NCBI GenBank assembly: GCA_047495785.1
Contig: JBLDXI010000020.1
Location: 620,001 to 684,000, forward strand
DNA: 64,000 nt
From: Lepidodermella squamata
Taxonomy: Eukaryota > Animalia > Gastrotricha
Direction of reading: 5' to 3'
In this document: positions 39,225-51,295 of the stretch, in pieces
How the letters are laid out: every line of letters starts with the position of its first letter
Numbering within the stretch: position 1 is the stretch's first letter
Notes under the pieces: model-generated
Told to the model about the DNA's origin: nothing
What the model saw: only the letters and a program-made list of their open reading frames with translations
The model's database searches: none
Translations under genes and position numbers: made by a program

Positions 39225-40619
39225 GTGTTGTAAGGGAAAAATGATCACAGAATTTTCAAATAAAAAACGCTCCTTTCGATTGTTAGCCTTCTGCATTTAT
39301 TCATCAAAACCAAATGCGAGCAGGGTGACAGGATAGCCCCTCGCGCCGATCATGAAATATGATTTTTAGTGCTCATGTCCAATCAACTATTACGCTTTCA
39401 ACATTTTTCGGTTATACAACACGCATTGATTTGGCCTAGAATTTTCCTGCGATTCACTTACATAGGATTTATAGATTTACAGGAAATTTTCTTCCACTCG
39501 AACAATATTGCTTTTAACTAATATTTTTTAGCTACTGCGCCAATAGAAACTGAATACCTGTCGTCAAGCAAAAACAGCCGAACTGACCAGAAACGATTTT
39601 TGTAAGAAAAGAATAGAACTTTCGACGATGAAATTTCAAACACGAATCTAAATGTTTACACAATAATAATTTTCTTGGGCGGCACATTCAAGAAAGGAAA
39701 AAGACAGCGAGAGTCAAGGCCATTTGAAAGAGAGCGAAACACTCAGGTGAAAAATGCCACTCGTTACAACCATCCACTACTCTGCACAGAGTCATATATA
39801 TCTGTCAACAGAAAAATAGCGATTAGTGATTTACAGAAAGCGAAACTCATCTACAAGTTGTCGAAGGGTTTACGAGGAATCGATCGCGCGCCATCCCTAA
39901 TTATATAATCATCGAGTGATTAATATGGAACATCTCTCGAGCAATTAAAAACAGAAGTACATGACAACAACACCCAGACCCAGATCTAATGAAGAGATGA
40001 TTAATGGTGTTCATGAATATTTGTTGAAATTATTTAACGATATCGAGCATGAATTTTCAGCATGTATCATGTTCGTCTTTTGTTTCAATTATAACTAAAT
40101 TACGCGGTCTTCGTAAAAATGATGACGCAATTTGATAGTGGAAAAGAAGAGCATCATGAAAATATTGAAAATTTACAAAACCTTGATCTTGATACATAGG
40201 AACGCATTAGAGACGTACAAATATTTTACCAATATTTAACAGTTACAATAATAATGGTTCATAATCAAAAAGCAAGAAATGCATGAAAGGCATGAGATAT
40301 GTGTTGTGCTTTCCATTTCATCAATCAGTGTATTTATAGTTATATAAGCTATGACTCGATTTATAATCTAGTTCGGCATGCTGATGGAGACATGCCGAAT
40401 CTCTGCGCGAGAAGGAAGTTGCCCCATTTGAAGAGTAAACGCGACGGTGGCGCCGAGTGTTTGTTGTTTTGTGTGATAAAATGAGATAAATCAGTCAAGC
40501 ACGATGAACAATCTTAACATACAGGTTTTAAAAAAGAAAGAGACAAAGACCATTCATCAACTGCTAAGCGCGCTTGCAACGAGTTTCTGCGGCTTTTGAG
40601 AGGCGGCACATGTGACACG

Positions 40620-42408
40620 TTAACCTTCTTTCGATGGAGGCGTATACCAGCCTGTCAAGTGAAATATAATAAACTCATTACAATAACCACGAAAGGCAAG
40701 CCAAGCTAACCATGGTCTTTGTGATACTGTACGAGGTGTTTGTATGCGTGCATTGCTCGCTGATAGGAGTACTCGGCCTGTATAAACAAAAATTTTACCA
40801 AAGAAAAGCCATGTTTCACTGAATGTAAAGCTCCGCGAACATACTCGACTAGCAGAAAAATTTATACGAGCACCACCACGAGTTAACGTGGATGATATCT
40901 GCATAATAGCTGACTCGACGCTGTAAGCGGATGACCAGCCATCCGGCGTCAAAAGTTCCTGATGAAAAGAACAAAAGCAGTAGGTAACACACTGTTTTTC
41001 TTGTAGCTTCCAACTTACCATGCAAATTGCACCGCCTGAAAGCACATGGCCGTGGGTAATAACTGGGTACACAAGTCGTACGAAGGGGGGCGAGAATGGG
41101 AAGGAATCGTTAAAGTAGAATCTAGGGAATAATTTGCATTTCATATCGCAGAAAATTACTATAACAAACTTACATCATTTCAATACAATCAGTATTGTCT
41201 TTGCTCTTGAGCTTTTGTAAATCGCGCCACAAGTGACTGTCAATGTCCAATCTAAATTAATGACAACTTGGTAATATTCGAATATACCAATTATCGAAAA
41301 TTTACTTATTGAGTTTAACGGTCCACTGATAAAGGTCAGCTTCGTCTGGTTGCACAACAAATATGCCTGGGTAAAGATGAAAAAAACGCATTAATTTTGG
41401 GAAATAGCGAAAGCCATGTACTAACGATCTTTGTAGCCTTGAGATTTGTAAAGACTGTTCAGCTCTCTCAGAAGCCTATTTACAGCAACAACACTTCCTG
41501 TATGCTTCGAAGCGCCACTCTTCGTTTGACTGTCGAAACGGCGTTTGAGAATTTTGTTAATTATTTCTCTTTCGCCGTCGTTTACACCTGACATGTCAAG
41601 ATCAAACGGCCCTGAATTAATTAAAAAGGAATGAGCATGGCTTGGAAATTAAAGCAAACGCAAGCCAACCGCTAGGTACACTAGAAAATGGCGCGCTAGA
41701 AGAAGAAGGACCCGCAACATCACGATTGCTTCCGCTGGGTTGGTTAACTTGCGAAACCGGTTTGAAAATGTCGTCCATGTCGTCAATCATCATTTCATCA
41801 GCAGCATCGCCCTCGCCCGCGCCAGCTCCATCACCTTCAGCAGCATCTAAGTTCATTTCAACGCTAGAAACTTCTGAACCTGCTCCGCTGTCTCCCGCTC
41901 GACGCCGACCGAGCACAACCTTTATAAAATAACACCAACTGAAATTAACATCGTCATTTGGGGGTAATATGGCGTCGTACCTCAGATAGAATAGCTTCAA
42001 CTCTTTGAATATCAGGTTCCACAGAGGGCAAACCCCAGAGATCAACAACAAGCCGAATCAGGTTATAGAATGAGGCCTTGAAGCTGGTCCCTTGGAAGTC
42101 ATTCGCTCGCTGTAGAACCGTATCCATGCGAGCATCCGTAGTCGGGCAGTCGTCCGCACAATACCACATCACAGTTTGACTTGCGGCTGTGAGCTGTGGG
42201 TAAGATTCGAATTATATGTCATATAAGTATTCATAAAAACGTTTAATACCATAAATGACGCTTTGACAAAATGAGTCAGCCCGTTGGAATTAGGGGGCGT
42301 AAAATTCAAGCTGAAATCGTCAATATCAGCATTTGTAATTCTAATATACTGGTGGCTGGCAGCGAAAACGTCGCTGAGGACCTTGGCCTCTTCCTTCACT
42401 TGAGTCAT
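40620..42408 (-). CDS. UBE2Q: Ubiquitin-conjugating enzyme E2 Q
   Basis: N-terminal RWD-like region, acidic linker, [37 protein letters not shown]-terminal [10 protein letters not shown]. Confidence 0.93.
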
Positions 42409-43759
42409 TTAAAACCTAGACTGGCAAAAAAGACACTTTACATTTACTCATGCATAGATGCAAATCACATAATTCGTAATTCGCGAATGAAAGGAGACAC
42501 CGCATATTTGAAATAGCGCGTAATTGTCAAACTGGGCTAGCAAGTAACAAGAGGCCGTTATTATGATTGCTAGGGATAAGCACGCGATGCAAGGGAAAAG
42601 CAAATTGCTCACTGCGGGCGGTTTTTCTTAAAATTTGCCTTCGCCTTCCACACAACCCGAAAGAGTATAGACGCCTTAGTCACGTGGAAGTAAAATAAAA
42701 TCATTCGTATTCGTATTCGTAAGCACGCGGTGGCCAGTCGAATTATGAAAGCCGAGCTCTTGACTTCTGTAGTAGCCTTTTCATTATGTGGTAATTCCAG
42801 AGAAAAGGATCATATTGAAAATCGACCAAATGGTGTTTGTAATGGAAAAATAAGTCGACTCTTCAATTGAAATCGGCTTGTCGATATAAGATCGAAAATG
42901 GAAAGAATTATAGGCATGTCGTCGAATTTCGAATTTTAGCAGTGGAGGAATATGAAAACGTCAGGTAAGTAAGCGGCAAGTCTTCATCTTCATTATGGAC
43001 CGAAGTTTAATCAAGGCTAATCTATATTAATTACCTGGCTCAAAAGCATGATTCGTGATTCGCCATGAGTACTTCAAGATTCAGCAGGGTGATCAAACTC
43101 AAAATTAACTCACTTTAACAAGATGAATTAGAAAGAATCCGAAGAGATTCTGAAAGCTGGAGTGTGCCCTCAAACGCTAAATTCAGCGCTTTGAACCCAG
43201 CGTATATTGAAACGGTATTCATTACTCAATCAAGAGTATCGGCAACATCGACCCCGGGTTCGATTCAACAGAAAAATGCGTAAAAACTTCTGAAAATGAG
43301 GTTGGCGCTAGACTTTACTTGAACTTAACAAAAGTGAAGACCATCTGACAAAACTTAAATTGTAAAAATATTAATATCAACTATAAATTTTATAACACTA
43401 TTGAGTAAAATTGTAGCTTATTAAGTTGTATAATATCCGCAGCGAAAACTCGTGCTGGTGTTAGTGAGCAAGGTGCAAGGTGTGTGGTTTCTTGTTTCCG
43501 GCTGTAAACTGGAACCGATCGTGCGTCGGAAGCACTTTTTTGAAGTTAAGAACATTTGGTAGATGGAACGCCAAGTAACTAGTTTTCTTATTCTACACTT
43601 ATGATTCTAAGACGAAGACGCCATGGCGCAAGAGGATCGGCACATAGCTCGCTTATGATGTCACACTGGTCTCCTCTTTCGTAGGAAGATGTGGTTTCAG
43701 ACAGACTGCCTAACGCCAAATACAAAGCTATCTCAGTAGCCAGCAGCCTAAGATCTTAT

Positions 43760-44425
43760 TGTGACGGACTCATTGATAAATTGATAAATCTCATGGACTA
43801 TAAACGCCGCCAAATGTGTTGTTCTCCGAATCGGAAAATTCGCTGACAAATTTGATTACGTAATTGATGGTGTCAAGCTTGACTACCAATCATCATTGAA
43901 AGATTTAGGGGCGTTGATTGACTGGCACCTGAGTTTCGGACCGCATTCTGATAATTTGGCGAAGAAATGTAGCAAACTTGTTGGTGCAATATGCAAGACG
44001 TTTCACTCTAAACAGTTGAGAATCAAAGCACACATCTGCTAACTCGTGTTGATTACTGCTCGACCATTTATACGCCTGTGTGGCAAGGTGATTGTGATAC
44101 TGTGGAGCAAGTGCTGCGTCGCTTCACGAAACAAATTGTGCTTCCTAAATATACCTACATCATGCATGCTTACATCGAAGGTGCTGAATACCTTGAGCGT
44201 CTGAAAACCTTAGGTATGGTAACATTTGAAATGAGACGCTTCCAGAGGGATATTGTCTTTCTGCACAAAATCTAAAAAAATATATCCGACCTGAAGTTTG
44301 CGGATTTTTTATTTCGCAGCGTAAAAAAGGTCCATCTCATCAAATTAAGGCTGCAATATGTATAACAGACGTTTTCAAATACTCATTCTTCAATCGCGCT
44401 AGAGATGCGTGGAATAGGCTTTCTA
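43760..44425 (+). mobile_element. Decayed 3' fragment of a non-LTR retrotransposon (CR1/L2-like RT C-terminus)
   Basis: Frameshifted peptides INAAKCVVL, KDLGALIDWHLSF, DYCSTIYTP..EQVLRRFTK, YLERLKTLG..RRFQRDIVFLHKI, FKYSFFNR..WNRL; internal stops. Confidence 0.85.
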
Positions 44426-44743
44426 ATGGAGTAGTATGTACCAATCATCAGGGCCGGATCACCCAGTAGGCAAGTAAGGCAGTTGCCTTGGGGCCCTTTG
44501 AATTTTGGCACCTCAAGTAAAAAACCACAGGGGGACCCTTACCATCAAAGGGCCCAAGAAAAAAATCGTACTCCCAACAAAAACCAAAGGCTCCCCCATT
44601 ATGTTTTGTTCGCATTCGACAGTTTGCCTTATTACAAACTTATGATTTTGTTTGAAGAATCATGCCCTTTACGGTCTTTGGCTGCGCTGCATAAATCCGG
44701 CTGTCTGAAAATGTGAGAAATGTGGTGATAATCGTCAGCTAAA

Positions 44744-44758
44744 GCTCGCTTCGCTCGC
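44744..44758 (-). repeat. GCGAGCGAAGCGAGC hairpin motif (inverted partner of 45701-45715)
   Basis: Exact 15-nt reverse complement of 45701-45715. Confidence 0.8.
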
Positions 44759-44869
44759 TGCTGACTAATTTCTAGCCAGGGTGTGACTTCAGGGGGGATG
44801 GGATCCCCACCAGCTCGACCGGGCCAGACAACAAAATGAGAATTTATCCCAGTTTTGTTAATTTTGAGA

Positions 44870-45310
44870 GGTTGTGGAGCCGAAGCGCCGGGTGCTGACG
44901 CGTACGGCGGCGAGGACGAAATGCCAGCATCGTCGGACGGAAGCTGGATATGCCGTGATATCAAAGTGCGAGTCGCCAACAACTCGGAAGTGCTGGATCT
45001 GGCCGGGCGGGAAGGCCACGTCGTCAACATCGACGGCGTTTCCGGCCAGGTGCACGTCAGCTTTGGCGACGACCTGCTCAACGTACCTCTTAGCTGCCTG
45101 CGGCCAATCATGCCGCAAACGGGCGAGCGTGTCAAGATCGTGGTTGGCGATAACGCCGGCATCACTGGTACGCTGATTTCCGTCGAGGAAGTCAACGCCG
45201 ACGGTGTCGTGCAGACCGACGACGAGGAAATTCGCCTGTTGCCTGTGCGGAATTTGTGTCGATTGGCTGACCATCTTCAATGGGGGTTATTTTCGAAGCT
45301 GTCTTTATGA
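44870..45310 (+). pseudogene. SUPT5H: Isolated SPT5 C-terminal tandem-KOW fragment
   Basis: SWICRDIKVRV..GREGHV..LRPIMPQTGERVKIVVGDNAGITGTLISVE..DGVV..IRLLPVRNLCRL matches the last two KOW domains of SPT5; no upstream SPT5 exons seen; GC-rich relative to flanks. Confidence 0.75.
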
Positions 45311-45556
45311 TAAAGTTGACTCTATCGATAATGTCTCCTAAAGTCGACTTTAGCTAAAGTTAGCTGATCTCAGCTGGTTTATATGATAGACTTGGAGCTA
45401 GCTTTATCCACAGCGTGATTTTCGAAGATAGAGCCGACTTTATTTGCGAAAAGTCGTCTTTATCCTGCCTATATAAATGTACTAGAGCCGATAAAGACGA
45501 CCACCCTCGTCTTTATCGCCTTAAAGTCGGCTTTATAGTGGTAAATGGTGCTTTAA
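45290..45556. mobile_element. MITE-like remnant with internal inverted submotifs
   Basis: Repeated gataaagacgac / gtcgtctttatc and gccgactttat / aaagtcggc motifs in both orientations, ending GTAAATGGTGCTTTAA (PIF/Harbinger-like terminus); matching 5' TIR not found. Confidence 0.45.
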
Positions 45557-45700
45557 TCGCACACAGCTATGATTCATATTATTGTCGATGTTTTTTTTGC
45601 ATTTTTTTTTTGCTGCGCTGCTCTTCGAGAAAATACGCTAAGTTAGAGATTTCAGCTGATAGCTGAGAGGCATACTGACAATACTTAGCCCCATAACCAT

Positions 45701-45715
45701 GCGAGCGAAGCGAGC
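45701..45715 (+). repeat. GCGAGCGAAGCGAGC hairpin motif
   Basis: CAT-GCGAGCGAAGCGAGC-ATG; the stem is extended by CAT/ATG. Confidence 0.8.
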
Positions 45716-46669
45716 ATGTGAACGAGTCTCGTTAGTTTTGCGATGAAAGAGCTCAAAACCGCGTGGATTAGGATTTCGTGGATTAGGCGTTTCCCGTCGA
45801 TTGGTAGCCAACGCAACTGTTTGAGGAGAGCGGAGCTGACTTTTAAACCAGCCGGCGTAGCCTCTTTTAACGTCGGTGATAGGCGCTGAAATGCTCTGCT
45901 GAATTATTATTAATAATTCCAAGTCTTGATGAGAATAAGATTACAGGCAAAATGCTGTCTTTTGCCAAACAGGATATAACTGCCATAAGAATGCGCTAAG
46001 CTATGACCCGACCCATGGGCTTTTCCTCGCGAAGCAGACATCTAAAAAGACAGATTAGTTAGCAGGATACGATAATCTGATTAGCTAAAGACGTACCTAC
46101 ACAATGAAAAACAATTATTTGGGTAGAAAACTGAGGTGAAGAAACGGATTCAACAAAGCAAAAATGCTGATCGCACGACAGCACAATTTTGAATATTGCG
46201 CGGTAAAATTATTGACATTTTATAAAATTAAAATGTATTTTTAAATAAAAAAAATTATTTAAAAACGTAAATTATAAACTGTATTTTTAGCGCGGGGAAT
46301 TTTTCAAGTTCGCGAAGCAGCTTCTGGCACCTTCTGCAGTCTCTTTTCGGGTCGTGTTTGCCGTCGGTTAGCGGTACCGCCTACCTGTGTTCAGTTCCTA
46401 ACGTTTCCGTTTGCCATCTGCGATGCGCGATGCATGCGTTGGGCGTTCATTCACGGGTTTATATTATGAGCTTGGAGCTTTTTGCACAGAGATAGTGTGA
46501 TGTTATCCGTGATTGTAGCTACTTACTGCTGATTCTGTTGGTATGAGGTCTCTCGGAAATCCGTTGTATTTGAAATTTGGAGTGTTGAATTTGTGCTCTG
46601 TTATAGTTCATATACATTCTCGTTGTCTAGTTAGCATTTCCTATCTAATATGTTGTTTTTCGTTTTTAG

Positions 46670-47749
46670 ATGGAATGTGTTCGAAGGTTTCTTAAAGCAG
46701 TTGAAAGTCACTCGGTATCTGTTGATTCGAAAACACCTAGTGCCATTGAAATAGACGATTACTTGAAGCTTGTCGCCCGAACTGGTAAAACTCATGTACC
46801 TTGGAAGAAGCTGAAATCTGTTTTGATTAATCGAGTCTCAAAAGTTATCGACGACTTTTTTGAAGAACAATGCAGTGACAAGCAATCTGAGTGTCCCGCT
46901 GCAGAAGCCTCCAAATGTTTACAAACAAAAGAGAGAATTTTGCAGTGTTTATTGGAGTTCGACGGCATTCCATTCACAATACAGCGTTTAGCTGAACTAG
47001 TTGTTGATCCGAGGAAGAATTATAAACGCGTCGATAAGTTTCTGCGGGCCGTCGAGAAAAATGTTATGGTCATCACAACAATTGATCCACTTGGCAATCG
47101 CATTGTAACTGATTCTCAACAGACGGTAGCTAACGCATGGAATGAAAACCTGTTTCCTCCTCCTTCGCCGAGCTCAAGAGTGCGCAGGATGTCAGTTGAT
47201 GAATTGATCGACACATCTTCAAGTAATGTTGCGTCGCCTCAAATGGTCGCTGCTGCTATGATGCCACCTCCACCCTCGCCTCCCCCTTTCTCTCCGAAGC
47301 AGCAAAAATCCCCTCTACCCGTGGAACCCCCTGTGGACAGCTCACCTCTGGTGCTAGAGAATGCTGAGACGCCGGAAAAGGCAGATGATGCTCCCAGTCT
47401 TGGAGATGTTCCGCTCGGCTCTGGGGACTCAGTAACTAAATCGCTCTCCAAAAAACCAGTGATAGTGTGGCACCCTGAAGGGTCTAAAAAGCCTAGTAAA
47501 GTTGCGCCAGCTGTTAAGTCACCTGCGCCGACCGATGTTCCTAGCGGAGATGTACCATCAAAACCCGTTGATACCGCGCCTCCGGCGGCTGATGAAAAGC
47601 AATTGTCACAAGAGGCTGCCGTCACTCCCTGCGAAATAGAGCCTTCATCTAAGCGGCAACGGTTCAACGATGATGGTTGTGATTGCGATTCGACCACACC
47701 AGATGGCGAAAGCTCGTCATCGCCCGTTTCAGTGTCCTCTTTGACTTAG
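46670..47749 (+). CDS. PPP4R2: Protein phosphatase 4 regulatory subunit 2
   Basis: VARTGKTHVPWKKLK, FDGIPFTIQRLAELVVDPRKNY..DKFLRAVEKNVMV; Pro/Ser-rich disordered tail; intronless CDS with an acceptor immediately before ATG. Confidence 0.93.
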   Translation: MECVRRFLKAVESHSVSVDSKTPSAIEIDDYLKLVARTGKTHVPWKKLKSVLINRVSKVIDDFFEEQCSDKQSECPAAEASKCLQTKERILQCLLEFDGIPFTIQRLAELVVDPRKNYKRVDKFLRAVEKNVMVITTIDPLGNRIVTDSQQTVANAWNENLFPPPSPSSRVRRMSVDELIDTSSSNVASPQMVAAAMMPPPPSPPPFSPKQQKSPLPVEPPVDSSPLVLENAETPEKADDAPSLGDVPLGSGDSVTKSLSKKPVIVWHPEGSKKPSKVAPAVKSPAPTDVPSGDVPSKPVDTAPPAADEKQLSQEAAVTPCEIEPSSKRQRFNDDGCDCDSTTPDGESSSSPVSVSSLT

Positions 47750-48174
47750 TCCCCACAACTTGATTTCTTACTTGCTAACGTTGCTCTCATGGTCGTCATT
47801 CGTTGTGATGAATTGAAGCGATCTAGTTTTCGATTAACACCGGGTCGTCAACCCCCGAAATAACTTCTCAAACTGCTATAAATTGGTCTTCATGTGATGT
47901 TTTACAAAGGCATCGGTGATCGTTTTTACTGTCCACAATGGAGATTTGCAAGAAGGTGGCAGCGACTTGTCCGTGTAAACTGCGCGCGTCTTATTTTCCA
48001 TGTTTCATGTTATTGTTTACGAGTTTGAAAATGTGTCCCAATTTGTTTTACTAGCGATTCATGTTCCTTATCAGTAAAAGTCTGCTAAACATGGTGAATT
48101 TCTATTTTTGAATTTCTGTTTAGAAACCGCTGTTTATTATTTTCTAATTCGATCACTTCGTTTCTTTGAACGCA

Positions 48175-50016
48175 ATGACTGCCGAAGAATATGAAGATAT
48201 CACTCCGACTAAGGACGGCGGAGTACTGAAGAAGATCATAACTCCTGGAAGCGCCGACAACCGTCCGTCACCTGGCGATACTGTATTTGTACACTACGTC
48301 GGAACGTTGGATGACGGCAGCAAATTCGACTCGAGCCGTGATCGTAACGAGCAGTTCAAGTTTGAACTCGGTAAGGGTAGCGTTATCAAGGGTTGGGATC
48401 TCGGTGTCGCTACGATGAAACGTGGCGAGAAAGCTGATTTCATCATCAAGTCGGATTATGGTTATGGCAAAACTGGCAGCCCTCCGAAAATCCCTGCCGA
48501 TGCCACGCTCCACTTTGAGATTGAACTGTTCGACTGGAAGGGCGAGGATTTGTCCCCGGATAAGGATGGATCGATTACTCGCCATACTCTGGAAAAGGGC
48601 GAAGGATACCAGATGCCGAACGACGGCGCCTCAGTCAAACTCGCCCTTATTGCTCGGTACAACGACAAAGTTGTCGATCAACGCGAAATTGACTTCATCA
48701 TCGGCGAGGGTAGCGAGTATCAAATTCCAGAGGGTGTTGAGATCGCGCTGAAAAAATTCAAGAAAAACGAACGTTCCGTAATCAAGATCAGCAACTCGCG
48801 TTTCGGTTTCGGCGCAGCTGGTTGCCCGTCTCTCAACATTCCCGGTGGCGCTGGTACCATCGAATATGACTTGACATTAAAAGATTTCGAGAAGGCCAAA
48901 GAGTCGTGGCAGATGGATTCCGAAGAGAAGCTCCAGCAGAGTGAACTGATGAAAAACAAGGGCGCCGAGTTTTTCAAGGTAAGTCTTGATCATTTGTTGC
49001 GTTTTCCAGATAAACTTGGTTATTTTGCAGAAAGAGAAGTACAAGTTGGCGATCAACTACTACAACAAAATCGTTACATTCCTCGAGTACGAGACGACCT
49101 TCAGCGACGAGAAAAAAGTACGCCGGTCGACGTTGATGCTTGCTGCCCACAACAATCTGTCGCTTTGCAACCTCAAACTGGGCTGCGACCTTGAAGCTTT
49201 GAAGCACGCATCAAAAGCGCTCGAATTCGACCCTGTCAATGATAAAGCCTTGTTCCGCAAAGCATCAGCCCAGCTCAACATGGCCGAATTCGAGGCGGCC
49301 CGTGAAACATTTACCCATCTGCTCCAAATCGAGCCGAACAACACTGCTGCTCGCAAGCAACTCGAGGTGTGCAAGCAGAAGATCAAGGAACAAAACGAGA
49401 AGGACAAATCGATCTACCGCGATATGTTCAAGAAATTCGCGCAGATCGATGAAAAGGTTGGTGGAGTCATTTTTAGGGCCACATTTAGGGGGTTCTGTGC
49501 TTAGCTTAGACTTAGTGCTGCCTTTTTACCTTGCTATAGCGCGAGAAAATAGCGAAGGAGCGCGGCACTTATCTCGAGCGTCACAACAATTGGGGTGACC
49601 CACTTGTCAGCGGCGGCAGTGGTGTCCGTGCCCCTCCGCCTGACGAAAACCCTCTCGCTGGCCCGATAGGTTACTGGGACAACAAGCTTGCTGAGGGCAT
49701 GGTTCCTCTGGATCAGGAACGTGCCATCTTTGAAGAATATGAGCAGGAACTCCCGGAAGTTCCCGACCCATTGAAACCCGTCGTCAACGCGCAGTCGACG
49801 AGCGAAAGTCACGCTCGTTGAATTAGTAACTCACAAATGTCAAATCTAACTAAACCGTTGCATGCTCTTTGAAATCTAAGCTCCGCGCAATCCTAATAAA
49901 ACTAACTTTCGCTTAATTACGGGTGTTTCATTCACTTATTCATGATTTTTTTGCTGTTGCAGAAAGCTCGCAAAACCGACCCGAAGCCTGAGTCGATGGA
50001 AACTGGAACAGCGTAA
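48175..50016 (+). CDS. FKBP4: FKBP4/5 (FKBP52/59)-type PPIase-TPR immunophilin
   Basis: FK1 VHYVGTLDDGSKFDSSRDR..VIKGWD, FK2, TPR region (KALFRKASA). Exons 48175-48978 and 49031-49456, then 49540-49821 or 49963-50016. Confidence 0.93.
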
Positions 50017-50624
50017 TTAGGTCGTTGAGCACCAAGTCAGAAATTCTCAAAGACACGAATTGTTGTACACGTTCAACAGGACATTAATTGCCTCTAGTTT
50101 GTTTCGAGCATCAGTTTTTCATTATTGAACCTCATCGTCTAGCATTTCGAGAAAGATTTGATTCTTATTATTTACGCTAATCGATTCTGATCGGAAAGCC
50201 GACAAGAGCCTGTTAGGTTGATGGTGCATATCTAGTAGGAGTCGTATGTGATGCGTATAGCTGCTATATTTCTCGCCATTCGAGTCGATGCTACTCAGGC
50301 TTTCTCGCGTATACATACATATATGACAGTGTCGATATTGTGATTAATGATGGCAAAACAACAAATGTGCGATGATTGTATATGACACAGACGCGCCCGT
50401 ATATTTTGTAAATTCGTGATGATGTATGGAATTACGTATTTGCGTCCTAACTAGTTCTGACGACTAGCACGCTTATTATTTAATACTTCTACGTGGCATT
50501 ACGATTGAAATTATGCGTCAGTAAATGTTTATTTGGCCAGAAATTGTTTCTAAGATGATGTTTGACGTCAAAGCTCTTCTCTTGGGAAAATAAACCTAGG
50601 TCGAGTTATTAACCTGACTTTTGA

Positions 50625-51097
50625 TTAAAAGTTTTTCCTCGGTGGTTGTGGTCGCGATGATCGAGTTGACTCAGTGATCGACTGTCCAGCAATAGATTGC
50701 CTCTCCACCCGAGATGTGTCAATTTTCGGAACTGGCATATTTCGCGTCGATGACGGTTGATCATTAGGCACATAATTAGGGTGCCTAGGAGCTTCCCTTC
50801 TCGGATCGGCACTGCCATAAGCGTAGTAGTCATCCCGTGGGGTCATCTCCCTGTAGACACCGTCTTCGTTGAATATGCTGCGCGGTTTCAATCGCCACAC
50901 CCGGCAGCATCTCGTCACAACCAGAATAACGGGAATACTCGCAACAATAATAGCGATGAAAATTGCGACTGCGATCACAATGACCCAAACAAATGATGGC
51001 CCATAAATCCTACTTTCACCTAGAAAACGAAAATTGTCGACAAGCAAATGTGGTGAGAATCTGTGTCCTCACCTAAAGTTTCTGCAGCAGCTTCCAT
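50625..51097 (-). CDS. Small single-pass membrane protein, uncharacterised
   Basis: Two exons: MEAAAETLG-ESRIYGPSF, long hydrophobic TM, RCCR, then a disordered Tyr-containing tail. Confidence 0.65.
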
Positions 51098-51295
51098 TAT
51101 CGTGAAAACTAAAATTCAGGGAATGTAATACTGTGCCACTTTCTCAAAGGCCACGGCGATGTTTATAGTGAATTTTATTTATGAATGCACACTTTTTTCC
51201 GTGAATCACAGTCTATTCAAAGCAATGAATATCACAAGCTACGAAAGCAGCTCAAAATAAGATGAAGGCACGGTCTTTTTGAATAATGTTAGGCT

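Noticed and set aside
43027-43100. TTACCTGGC resembling the U1 snRNA 5' end
   Set aside because: Downstream sequence lacks U1 stem-loops and an Sm site.
43200-43270. GGTTCGATTC T-loop-like motif (tRNA/SINE)
   Set aside because: No T-stem closure, acceptor stem or cloverleaf could be built.
44449-44707. hAT-like MITE starting CAGGGCCGGAT
   Set aside because: The candidate right TIR (ATCCGGCTG) is short and imperfect, and no 8-bp TSD was found.
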